DNA of 64,000 nt. It comes from Parasitella parasitica NRRL 2501. Taxonomy: Eukaryota > Fungi > Mucoromycota. Below the pieces are notes generated by a model that was not told the origin of the DNA, did not search any database, and saw only the letters and a list, made by a program, of their open reading frames with translations. Made by a program: the position numbers and the translations under genes. The stretch covers positions 62,001 through 126,000 of the forward strand of contig MU619318.1 in the NCBI GenBank assembly GCA_025201805.1, read 5' to 3'. Of this stretch, positions 1 through 10,289 are shown piece after piece (the stretch's first letter is position 1; every line of letters begins with the position of its first letter).

Positions 1-2611
1 TCGTATTTTGTGGAACTCAACAGGGAGCTTCGTTTTTGGTCATTTCCATTAATTTACTTCTTGTTTTGTTCCGGGCACCCTTCGTTTCTATTCAAATCTA
101 GCAAAGTACTCACGATCAATTGTGCCGCTTGTAAAAGTAAAGCGAAAATCTATACTATATCAAACTGAGTAACACAATAGATGTTATAGATGAGTTTTGT
201 TTCCTGCAACTAGACCAGAGAAAGCATTCGGATATTACTGCTTAAAGTAATATTTGTAAACAATTTGAGTCGAATCGGGCATCTGATGATGACAAGATTT
301 GTGTTGTATACTCCTTTTTTTATCTTCATTGATAGAAAATTGTAGAGCAAACATTGCATACCTTTTGAAAGTTTTAACACTAAATTAATTCTATTAATAT
401 TGATTGTCAGTAAAATGATAGATAACATTTTCTTGGCAGCTTTTTCAAGGTAGCTAGACTTCAAATGTATATCGAGGATGTTCGTTTATCTGCGGGTGTT
501 GGAATTAAAGAAATGAATTGCTACGAAAGAAGAAAAAAACAAATGAAGCTTGTTTACAGTATTCGAATAGTAGGATGTATTGTAAGTCTAACTGCGTCCA
601 GAAGCAAATGAGTGATGCTCGTACATAGTAAATACATCATATACTGGTACCATATACAATAGTTGTCCTCAACACATTCAGTTTTGCCTTGAAAAGTTTA
701 ATAAAAAGACGTGACAAAGAACTATTTAGTAGTGATACAATTCAAATACGCTTTCCCTAAATATTTCATGAGTATGATATATTATATGTGTAATCTTGAT
801 ATCATATTTCTTCATATCTTATAACAAATATGTAAATGTGTTAGAAAGATATTCTCATGCTATAATAATGGGGGGGTTTTTTTTTTTTCATTAATTGGCT
901 GCGGAATTATTCATGTAATCGGCCAAGTGTTGGAAGTACTTAAAAAATCTGCTTTACAACTTGGAAATACCAATCTTACTGCTACATCTCCACGGTCTGA
1001 CCAAGTCATTAACCTTCGCCTTCGGTAAGTTTGGCTTTTACAGCTCGTGCTGCCGCAGGACTTTGTTCGAAGCTGATGATTTATTATTGAGCGGGGATTC
1101 AAGCAGAAGGTTATATTACCAAGTATAATCAGATTATGGTCAAAGGAAATGGCTCTAAATATCAGCATTGTCGACTATGAAATGATAAATACACAATAAA
1201 AAATTCACGGCTGTTCTGGTAGGTATCCATAATTATTATTGATGGTTTGTTTTACTTTCAATCTTCGTATAAATCACAACTAAGTATATTATTATTGGAT
1301 TCAAATCAGTAAACAAAGCAGAATCATGTGGGTTTGATAATTCAATAGTAGCTTGCTTGCTGCATAACACATTCGAAATTCGAGTCTTGACATACTGGAG
1401 CTAACCTCTATCCTACAGGGACGTGACATTAGTAAGATCTGAAACAGTAGGCTGATTCACACTTGTATTGGTCAAGTTCATCATGCCGCTAAAACCGTGC
1501 GTGTTCTTCTAGCATTGTCCTGTCTTTCACAGGAACGGCAATTTTTTATCCGTAGAATACAGCAGGTTACCATTATTTTATATCCGTCGTCATGGAAACC
1601 GTTCGTGGATCGGATCTAATGCCTAATGTTATAAAATACAAAGGTTAACATTACTTTACATCCGTTGTCATTTCAACCATTGTTCTAGCCACTGTTCTTG
1701 CATTGAATCTAACGTTATAATTTTGTTTGACAACTGAATGTCAAAAATGATCTGATTGTACTCATAAACCGATTCATGTAGATTTAACCTATATAAGTAG
1801 ACAACTTCTTACTAATAAAATTATTAGTTTTATCTTTGGTGTTATTAATTTTCCAATTTTATTATCATATACAGTCGTCTGCTTTGCTTACTTCAAGACC
1901 TGGCACAACATATATGACACAAAAAGCATTATTCGAAAAAAGTAAAAAATCTGATGAAGTATTTAATAAAATGACTTCAAAAAAAATCGTAGAACAGGTA
2001 ACAAGTTGTCAGTATTGAGTATTGAGAATATATGAACAAGCAAATGAGGAGATATAAGAAAATTAAAAAACATGGTTTAGTCTATTGTCTACGCAAAGGT
2101 ATAAGCGTTTATGTGTATTCGCTATATGGAAGTGTGGAAATTTGTGTATGTATGAGATGAAGCCGACTCTAATATGTCTGATCTTGGATTGAAGGCGGTA
2201 ACTTTAGCAGCATTTATGGACCAAAAACTATGATTTTTATACTATAATAAAGTGAAGGTTTAAATACTACGTAATAGGTGAGCAATCACATCAGGAGAAT
2301 AATAACTATTTGCCTTTATCCAAAATGGCACGAAATAATGAGACTTACTAGGTGGCAGCACATGTTGAACGCTCGGAAGTGGTGCAATCAGCTTGTAGTA
2401 GATAGAAAACATTCAAAATGGCATTGTCGCTAGGGCTGTAAAGTTAAAAACATCATTTCAAAAATTATATATGCATATATATACACGCAAGCAGTTATCT
2501 CACAAACTCAATTAACATTGAAGACGATAGCTAACTACACCAGTGATTTAGAATGAGCGTATGATGATATTTGATTATCAAAAGATAAATTTTAAAGCCT
2601 GATTATTTTAC

Positions 2612-3056
2612 ATCTGATAAAACGGTGTTCTAATCATACGTATTGTGTGTCACCCATTTGATTGAAACTACGGCAATTAATGATTAATTTTGCTATCTTA
2701 GATCCTAGCTCAACCTTTTATCTAGAATCTACATCAATTTTTTTCCTTTGACTTCAGCCTTCACTATCGTATATAGTTTTCGCTTTGTATGTCCCAACAT
2801 CTAATATTTGATTTATGATTGTGTATTTTTCAAACTGTGCATTTTTCAGGCTGTGCAAAAAATCTGATAAAATTCCCTCATCTTATGAGAACTTTTTTCT
2901 TTTTGCGCCTAGACATGGAAGTATGCGGAAAGTTTAAAACGAGTAAAATAGCATGCGACTTCTAATTTTTCGATTCTATTGGACGATCGCTTATCAGATC
3001 AGTCGGAATCTGATAAAAAGTTTTATCTTTTGAAAAGGAACAGTAAGATCTGATAA
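2612..3056. promoter_or_regulatory. Cluster of five exact ATCTGATAA sites (SreA/Fep1/Urbs1-type iron-responsive GATA elements) upstream of the PCS-like gene
   Basis: ATCTGATAA at 2612-2620, 2862-2870, 3008-3016 and 3048-3056 on +, and TTATCAGAT at 2991-2999 (same motif on -). All match the ATCWGATAA consensus of fungal iron GATA repressors. Confidence 0.75.
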
Positions 3057-3129
3057 AAGAAAATCCTTTTTCTCTCTATTTCTTATCTTTTTCTTAAATC
3101 TACCCATTTTTTTCATTACTATTATAATA

Positions 3130-4116
3130 ATGGCTTCTCGTACTGTTTTATCAAAAACTTGCCTCAAATCTACTCTTGTGCAAGCAGCAGCAAAGAAAAA
3201 CATTTTGAATAATCGCGCCACTATTTTTCCTGGTTCCCAAGTTTCTCGCCAGGCAACGACTACCACGATAGTGGATAATTCTACTACACAAGGAAGACAG
3301 AATACATTTCAACTCTTTAATTTTACGAATAAAAATAAAGATGAAGTGCATTTGGTCAAGTTCACATCAGTAGAAGGCAAAAGACTTTTCCGAAATGCAA
3401 TGGCTCAAGGGTACGCTGAAAGCTTCTTTAAACTAATGGGAAATTTCTCTGCGCAGTTGTCTCCATCTCATGGCGGAGTCAGCTCTTGTAAGTACTAAAT
3501 TTTTTGTTGCTATGGTAACAATGTTAATGATACTGGTCTTGTTTCAATAGTGGCCATGGTTTTAAATGCTCTAGAAATCGACCCCAAAAGGACCTGGAAA
3601 GGTAATTGGCGCTGGTTCTCATCTGAGCAAATGAAAACATGCTCTCCTGCTGAATCTATCCAAGAGCGTGGCATCCCTTTTGATGAATTTACGTGTTTAG
3701 CACAAACATACTGTAAAGTTCTTCCTCGTCGTGGTGTAAGCTATAAACAATTTTTATCAGATCTTGAAGCTGTAACGTCTGATTCTACAAGTCAGATAGT
3801 GGTGAATTACTCAAGAGCCTCCCTTGGTCAACAAGACCATCTTGCTCATTTTAGCCCTATTGGTGGTTTTAACAAGGCAGAAAACCAGATCTTGATCATG
3901 GATGTTGCTCGTGGTAAATATCCTAGTGTTTGGGTGAATGCAAAGGATCTTTTTACAGCCATGATGACTAGCAGTGAAGAAGAAGGTGGCCGTAGTCGTG
4001 GTTACTTTATTTTGAGCAATTATGAGCAAACTAAGCAACAATCGCCTCAAATCCTTTTAACATCTTCAAGATTAAAATGTCAAGAGTGCTCTCGTAATTG
4101 CCATGCAAATGCTTAG
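3130..4116 (+). CDS. Phytochelatin synthase-like protein (papain-fold, about 307 aa), catalytic Cys replaced by Gly
   Basis: Exons 3130-3487 and 3551-4116 (GT-AG intron). PCS motifs: FTSVEGKRLF, AMVLNALEIDPKRTWKGNWRWF, HFSPIGGF, IMDVARGKYPSVWV, RSRGY. Confidence 0.9.
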
Positions 4117-4431
4117 TAATTAAATAATATTACTACCTATATATTCACCCTCTACTTCATTTACTTCATCTGCATCCTTATATATATAAATGTACATTTA
4201 TTCCAAATAAACTTTCAAAGCTTCAGTTCTTCAAATGCAATTGGTTCAAATCATTATGTAAAATATAACAAGAGACGTCTCGCAATAAAGAATCGGTAAT
4301 TGCACACGTGATATGTCCGGTAAAGTGTCTCCTTCCGAGTCATGGAGAAAAAATCGATGCTCACTTGCCGTTACTAGCAAAGAAATCGTCAGGACCATAT
4401 TAAATCTTCCTCTCTCTTTGCGTATTTCCAA

Positions 4432-4635
4432 GTATGTATCATGGATGGGCCAACAGTGGATTAAATGGATGTCATAAGATATATGACGCTCGACGATCAT
4501 AGATCGATGGATGTAGATTTGAGTGGCAATGAGGGAAATGATAGGATGTGGGGTGGATGCAAAATAGAGACAGGGCTGATTGGCATTGAGCGACTTCGCG
4601 CAAGACATGATTACTAACTTTTCACATTGCTATAG
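4432..4635 (+). other. Probable 5'-UTR intron of RPL17 (204 nt)
   Basis: GTATGT donor at 4432, TACTAAC branch point at 4612-4618, TAG acceptor at 4633-4635, ending 12 nt before the ATG. A pyrimidine tract precedes the donor. Confidence 0.7.
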
Positions 4636-4647
4636 ACTTGAGCAATA

Positions 4648-5394
4648 ATGGTCAGATACGCTGCTACACCAGCCAACCCCGCAAAGGGTAAATACTCGCA
4701 TTACAAATATAAGAAATGCTTGATTGACATGTCTAATTCATCTTTTATGTTATATAGCCTCCAAGTCTAGAGGTTCTTACCTTCGTGTTCACGTATGTAT
4801 TACAATCGCATATTCAGAATGACTCAATTCACAGCATACTAAAATATGCACTCTAGTTCAAAAACACCCACGAAGTAGCTGTTGCTGTCAAGGGTTTAAA
4901 GTTATCCAAGGCTTATGCCTATCTTAATAACGTTACCGAACACAAGCAAGTTATTCCTTTCCGTAAATTCAACGGTGGTGTCGGCCGTGCTTCCCAAGCC
5001 AAGGAATTCGGTACCACTCAAGGTCGCTGGCCTGTCAAGTCTGTCAAGTTTGTCACCGACCTCTTGAAGAATGCCGAAAGCAATGCCGAGGTAACTTCAC
5101 ATGCAATTTTTTGATGTGGTAATTTGGGTTGGACTTAACATCAGAAAATTGTAGGCCAAAGGTTTGAACGTTGAAGAGCTTTACATCTCTAGCATCGTTG
5201 TCAACCAAGCTCCCAAACACCGTCGTCGTACTTATCGTGCTCACGGTAGAATCAATCCTTTCATGTCTTCTCCCTCTCACATCGAGGTTGTCCTCACTGA
5301 AAAGGATGAGGTTGTTCCTCGTGCTGATGATAAGAAGATTGTCAAGCTTAACGCTCGTCAGTTAGCTCGTAACGCTCGCCTTGCTCGTGCTTAA
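4648..5394 (+). CDS. RPL17: 60S ribosomal protein L17 (uL22), 4 coding exons
   Basis: [31 protein letters not shown]...[22 protein letters not shown] after splicing GT-AG introns. Confidence 0.97.
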
Positions 5395-6377
5395 GTTTTC
5401 TTTTTTTCCAAATAAACATTTTTATAATTCTTCTATTGCTTCATTTTGTTTAGATCTTAACGCATCATGATAGCAAAAGTGTATATTTTTTTGAAGAGTG
5501 ATATGGACAAAGGCTGTTGCCCTTCCCCAACTCTAATCACTCAATGTACCATCTAGAGGTGTTATTCGAATGCATGAATCTAGTGCATTGAGCATTTTTT
5601 TATGCTTGGAGCTATTAAATTGTCATACTGGGCCTTACTGTCTGTATTGCCTCCTATCTGGTCAAATTCCGCTACAAGACACTGTAACAAGGGCTCAAAT
5701 ATGTATGATCGTGCAAATTTGGCCAAGACACATACGTACTTTTTTACTTGAGCAAGGTTTTGTGCAAGGCGAGGCTGTTTCTAGGCTGTAGTGTGAAAAA
5801 AAAAAAAATGGGCCCAGTCGTGTTTCTATCCGTACAACACCTCAAATATGCAACTCGACGTATTTTGAGCCTCGGAGTTGGATGGAACCATTACTCAAAC
5901 ATGAGCAATTGCTGTCAAAGCATGTAATATTGACCTTAAGTAAGAACAAGTATCAGCAGATGAAGAAAGTGAGAATCTTTACTGTCCTTGATTTTTGGTT
6001 TTTTAGTTCATTTTTATGCATTTTGCTACTGTTAACAATTTGGATAGATCAAAATGTGCCGTATCTTGCAAACAATAGGTTGATGTCGAAATAAGAGCAT
6101 GGTGGCTGCTATTCGTAGTGTATATCAAGCATTGCATACCACTAAAAAAACTAAATCCATCCTCTACTTTTGCCATCAAAGCAATCAGTTAGCCTTTCTG
6201 ATTTTTACGCAAAATTAACCTTGTCAACTTTCGCCTCAAGGCTTGTCCTCGCCAACCACAAACGTACATCTACAAGACACTAATGTTGGTTGCTAATACA
6301 CATTCACACATAAACAAAAGGGTTCAAAATAGGAAATCAAATGTTTTTCTTTAATGAAGATGATAACTTGGTTGAGA

Positions 6378-7333
6378 TTAAGCGGAAGCAGACTTTTGCA
6401 TAGAAGAAGTACGACGACGTTCAATCTTTTGTTGCTTGGACTCCTTGACACGCTTAGCGAGCAACTGCTTGTATTCAGACTCGGCTTCACGAGAAGCTTC
6501 AGCTCTTCTGCGCTTAAGAGCTTGTCTGTGTCTCTTACGTTGAAGAGTGAGAGGAGTGACAAGACGTTGGATCTTGGGGGCTTTGGTGTAGGCCTTCTTG
6601 CCCTCAGCTTTGGGTTGAACTTCACGGCGAATGACATACTTGCGAACATCATCTTCCTTGGTCAAGTTCTACAGAGACAGTGCAATTCAGGTCAGCTATT
6701 TCGTACTTGAATCTATGTGAATTTCTACTTACAAAGAACTTTCTGATCTTGGAAGCACGCTTAGGACCGAGACGCTTGGGGACGGTAGTGTCAGTCAAAC
6801 CGGGAATGTCTTGCTCGCCTTGCTTGACGACAACGAGAGACAAGACAGAAAGGTCAGAGCCGACGATACAACCACGAACAGACTTTCTCTTACGTTCACC
6901 AGTGCGGCGGGGACGGTAGCAAGAGTGACCCTTGGACATCAAGAGACGAACACGGTGAGGCAAAAGAACACCTTGCTTCATGGGGAAACCTTGCTTGTCG
7001 TTACCACCAGAAATACGGAAAACGTAGCCCTTGAACTCATCACCGAGAGAGTCGCCAGAGACCTCTTGGGCCATACGCTTGTCATAGAAACCACGGCTAT
7101 AGCGATGCTTGTTTAGTGTCGATTCATTCCAATTGCGTATACACAACTTACACACGACGTTCGTCTTCGATTTCAATCAATTTTTGGCAGCCGGTGGCTG
7201 GGTTGGCAATGTTCAACTAGATGGATAAAAAGCTGGTTAACTAATCTGTCAAAACATTGCATCCATTCATGCTCGATAATGCTGGATGGATTGCATCTAC
7301 GATGATAAAATGTTGTATACTACGGACCTTCAT
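6378..7333 (-). CDS. RPS6: 40S ribosomal protein S6 (eS6), multi-exon
   Basis: ATG AAG micro-first exon (7333-7328), then [12 protein letters not shown]...[15 protein letters not shown]...[11 protein letters not shown] and the C-terminal RRTSS phosphosite. Confidence 0.97.
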
Positions 7334-7607
7334 ACCGCAGATAGAGAGGAGGATCTACAGGTTGGGGCACTTTTTTCCCTTTGATGTAATGGATTTACTG
7401 TTTGACGAGAGCTTGAAATCATCTCAATTCCTCCCGGTAAACATCCGGTCCAAGTCGTGTATCGTCACATTCCGGCTTTACACTGTAAGAGAGCGAATAA
7501 AAGATTTTTCCCTCTGCAACTCTCTCTTCTTCCTTTCATTTGCACATTGAAGATATCATCAAACCCACATTCAAAGAACAGACAGTTGAAGACAGAATAT
7601 ATACATT

Positions 7608-8479
7608 ATGACTGAACAAGAAACACGTCCCGTTGTCCAAGAGCAGACGAGCCATGCCATCAGCCAAGAGCAACAGTCATCGTCTCCTGCTGCTGACTCT
7701 GACCAAGTAAAGACAGTTTTTCATGATCCCAAAAATTACAATGTGAAGCATCCTCTCCAAAACGCGTGGACTCTGTGGTTTGATAACCCATCGAAGAAGC
7801 CCAATAATGCATCCTGGTCTGAAAATTTGAAGCAAATTGTCAGCGTAAATACCGTCGAAGATTTCTGGGGGTAAGTTGAGATGAGAAGCTTTGTATTCCA
7901 TAGTATTCATGCATTACTGAATATGTGTAGTGTTTATAACAACATCGTCAAGGTCAACCATCTCGAAGTAAACACAAACTACCATATTTTCAAAAAGGGA
8001 ATTCGTCCTGAATGGGAAGATCCTGTAAATGCGAAAGGCGGGAAGTTCAGCATTCAGTTCCCTAGAAACAGAACCAGCGAAACCATCAATCAGCGCTGGC
8101 TGAATCTGGTAACTATGCTATAGTGCTCAGAAGAAGGGGAGAGGTGATATCATTAACATTGCGTGTGTAGATTCTCCACATGCTGGGCGAACAATTTGAA
8201 TACGAGAACGAGATTTGTGGTGCTGTTGTTTCAGTGCGTAAGGTGTTTTATAGAATTGCTCTTTGGATCAAGAGTTCTGAGAAAAATAAAAGTATCGAAA
8301 CCATCGGGTAAAGTATATATAGATGGTATTGGGAGAGAGAATATAATTTTGTTTAACCCTTTTGAAAACATAGAGGTCAATTGAAGGGTGTCCTGAGTGT
8401 AGAGAAGCCTTTGGTTGTCGAATTCGCCCCACATGGCGACACTGCCTCCAAATCAAATGAAAATAGATTCACCATCTAA
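7608..8479 (+). CDS. eIF4E: Translation initiation factor eIF4E, 4 exons
   Basis: KHPLQNAWTLWFD, TVEDFWGVYNNI, FKKGIRPEWEDP, ICGAVVSVRK, RIALW motifs. Divergent from RPS6 with 274 bp between the start codons. Confidence 0.95.
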
Positions 8480-10289
8480 ATACATGAAAAAAGGATAATT
8501 CAAATTCGTAGAGCGTGCTTTATATAAAAAAAAAAGTTTCTTACCTATCTGTGTATATCATTCAAATATAAATATGTGTGCAACCTACCTACACTGCCCT
8601 AGCGTCCAAATACGCTAATCCAGAATCAAAGTGTCGTTGATCCAGAAGTGAGAGTAAATAAAGGTACTACTCTTCTTTTTCCGAGTCTGATACTTTATTG
8701 TCTTGTTTTAATTAGTGATGATTAAAGGATTATAACAAACGTTTTTAATGTAACGAAATTGCATACAGAACTACTGCTCGAACATCAACAGAGGAGGAAT
8801 ATAAAACCATGGTATTTTTCCCCCATTTAATGTGACAAGTCCTAAAAATTGATTACCTTATTCCAAAAGTAAGAATCTCTTTATGTCTTTCATGATGTAA
8901 ACGTTTCATCCTTTTTGTTTTCCAAGCAGATAAGGCAAATACCAGAATATAATACGTTATATCGTCCTAGAGTCAAATCGGATCCCTCAAGCACAAAAAA
9001 TATTCAATGTTCATGAGCGGATTTTATTATTATGTTGACACTTGGATCACTACAATAAACGTTCATCTCCATAGAAACTTTTACCTGATGAGCTATCGGT
9101 ATGAGTGCAGCACTTAGAAGCACAGGTCTTGCAGTGGCTCTGATCCAGCTATTATCAGGCAGTGACCTCTTAGATATCAGCGCGATTTTCCGGGACATTT
9201 AACAGCTTGGTCTGGTATTTCGAAAAAAAAAAAATCTTGCTAAACTTCTTCGCTCTTGTGTGCAAAACTCTCTCGGGCCAAGTAAGCTTTCTAAAATGCT
9301 AAGAGAATTCCGCCACTATGTTATGATGTATATAATAACACTCGAATATTTTTATGTTGTATTGAACAGTTTTTCACTTTCTTGAGCATACATGAAATGA
9401 AAAGCTCATAATTATCACAAATTTTGGCTGGCCGTGGATCAAAGAAGATCAGAGCAGATCAGGACAAAGCTTTTGAAATCCCGATATTTTTGATCACTTC
9501 AGGGTTGTAAAGCTATTCAGCTGCGATAAAATCTAGTAACCGTTTAATTGATGCAAATTAAAATTTTCTTAATAAAGCCAACGTTTTAATTAGTGAAAAA
9601 ATAGGCTTGCTTTTCGTAAATTATGCAAAAATGCTTCAGGAGATGTCTAGTGACGATATGCCTCAAATATGTAAAAAAAAATATTAATGAGGCTCTCATC
9701 ATTAAAAAACTAATTCTTACCTCCAGATATGGGTATAGGGCCACTAATCAATCAAGCTTTTAGTTTTTAAATATCTCGAGAAATAGGAGAATCAGAGCTA
9801 TCTGATTCTCTTATTGATGCAACATGCCTAACTGATTACAGTGATGACTGTGAGATGCTCTTTATTATCGCTCATAATACCAACAACTGTAATAAAGATT
9901 CATATTACATGTCGAGTAAATTTCTGGATTTTACCTGTAATGCAATATCGATTACATAGCTTGTAACGACAGTGGGAAGGGGGGGGGGGGAGGGCATGAA
10001 CTAGAATTCGCTACAAATTATCATTGAACAATAGCTTGTCTGAAAGACATGAAGGCTTTGCCCTCATGAATGTTGTTACATGCACGACACTTTTCACTAT
10101 AAAATTAAATTAGAGTGACCCCAATGCAACGACCAATATATTTTTTAACCCACCCAAAATTAGCGACAATATACCGGAAATAGTGTACAGGATTATTTAT
10201 ATATAACGCGCCCTTTTTTTACTTTATTTTTGATCTTTCTGATTTCTTTTACTCTTGGAAGAAAAAAACTTTTTCCTTTTCTTTTCGAA

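Noticed and set aside
4536-4585. Possible C/D snoRNA in the RPL17 UTR intron (ATGATA...CTGA)
   Set aside because: The C box is imperfect, the span is too short and I recognise no rRNA-complementary guide.
5570-6094. Short ORFs between the converging RPL17 and RPS6 genes
   Set aside because: There are no recognisable motifs and no coherent splice model.
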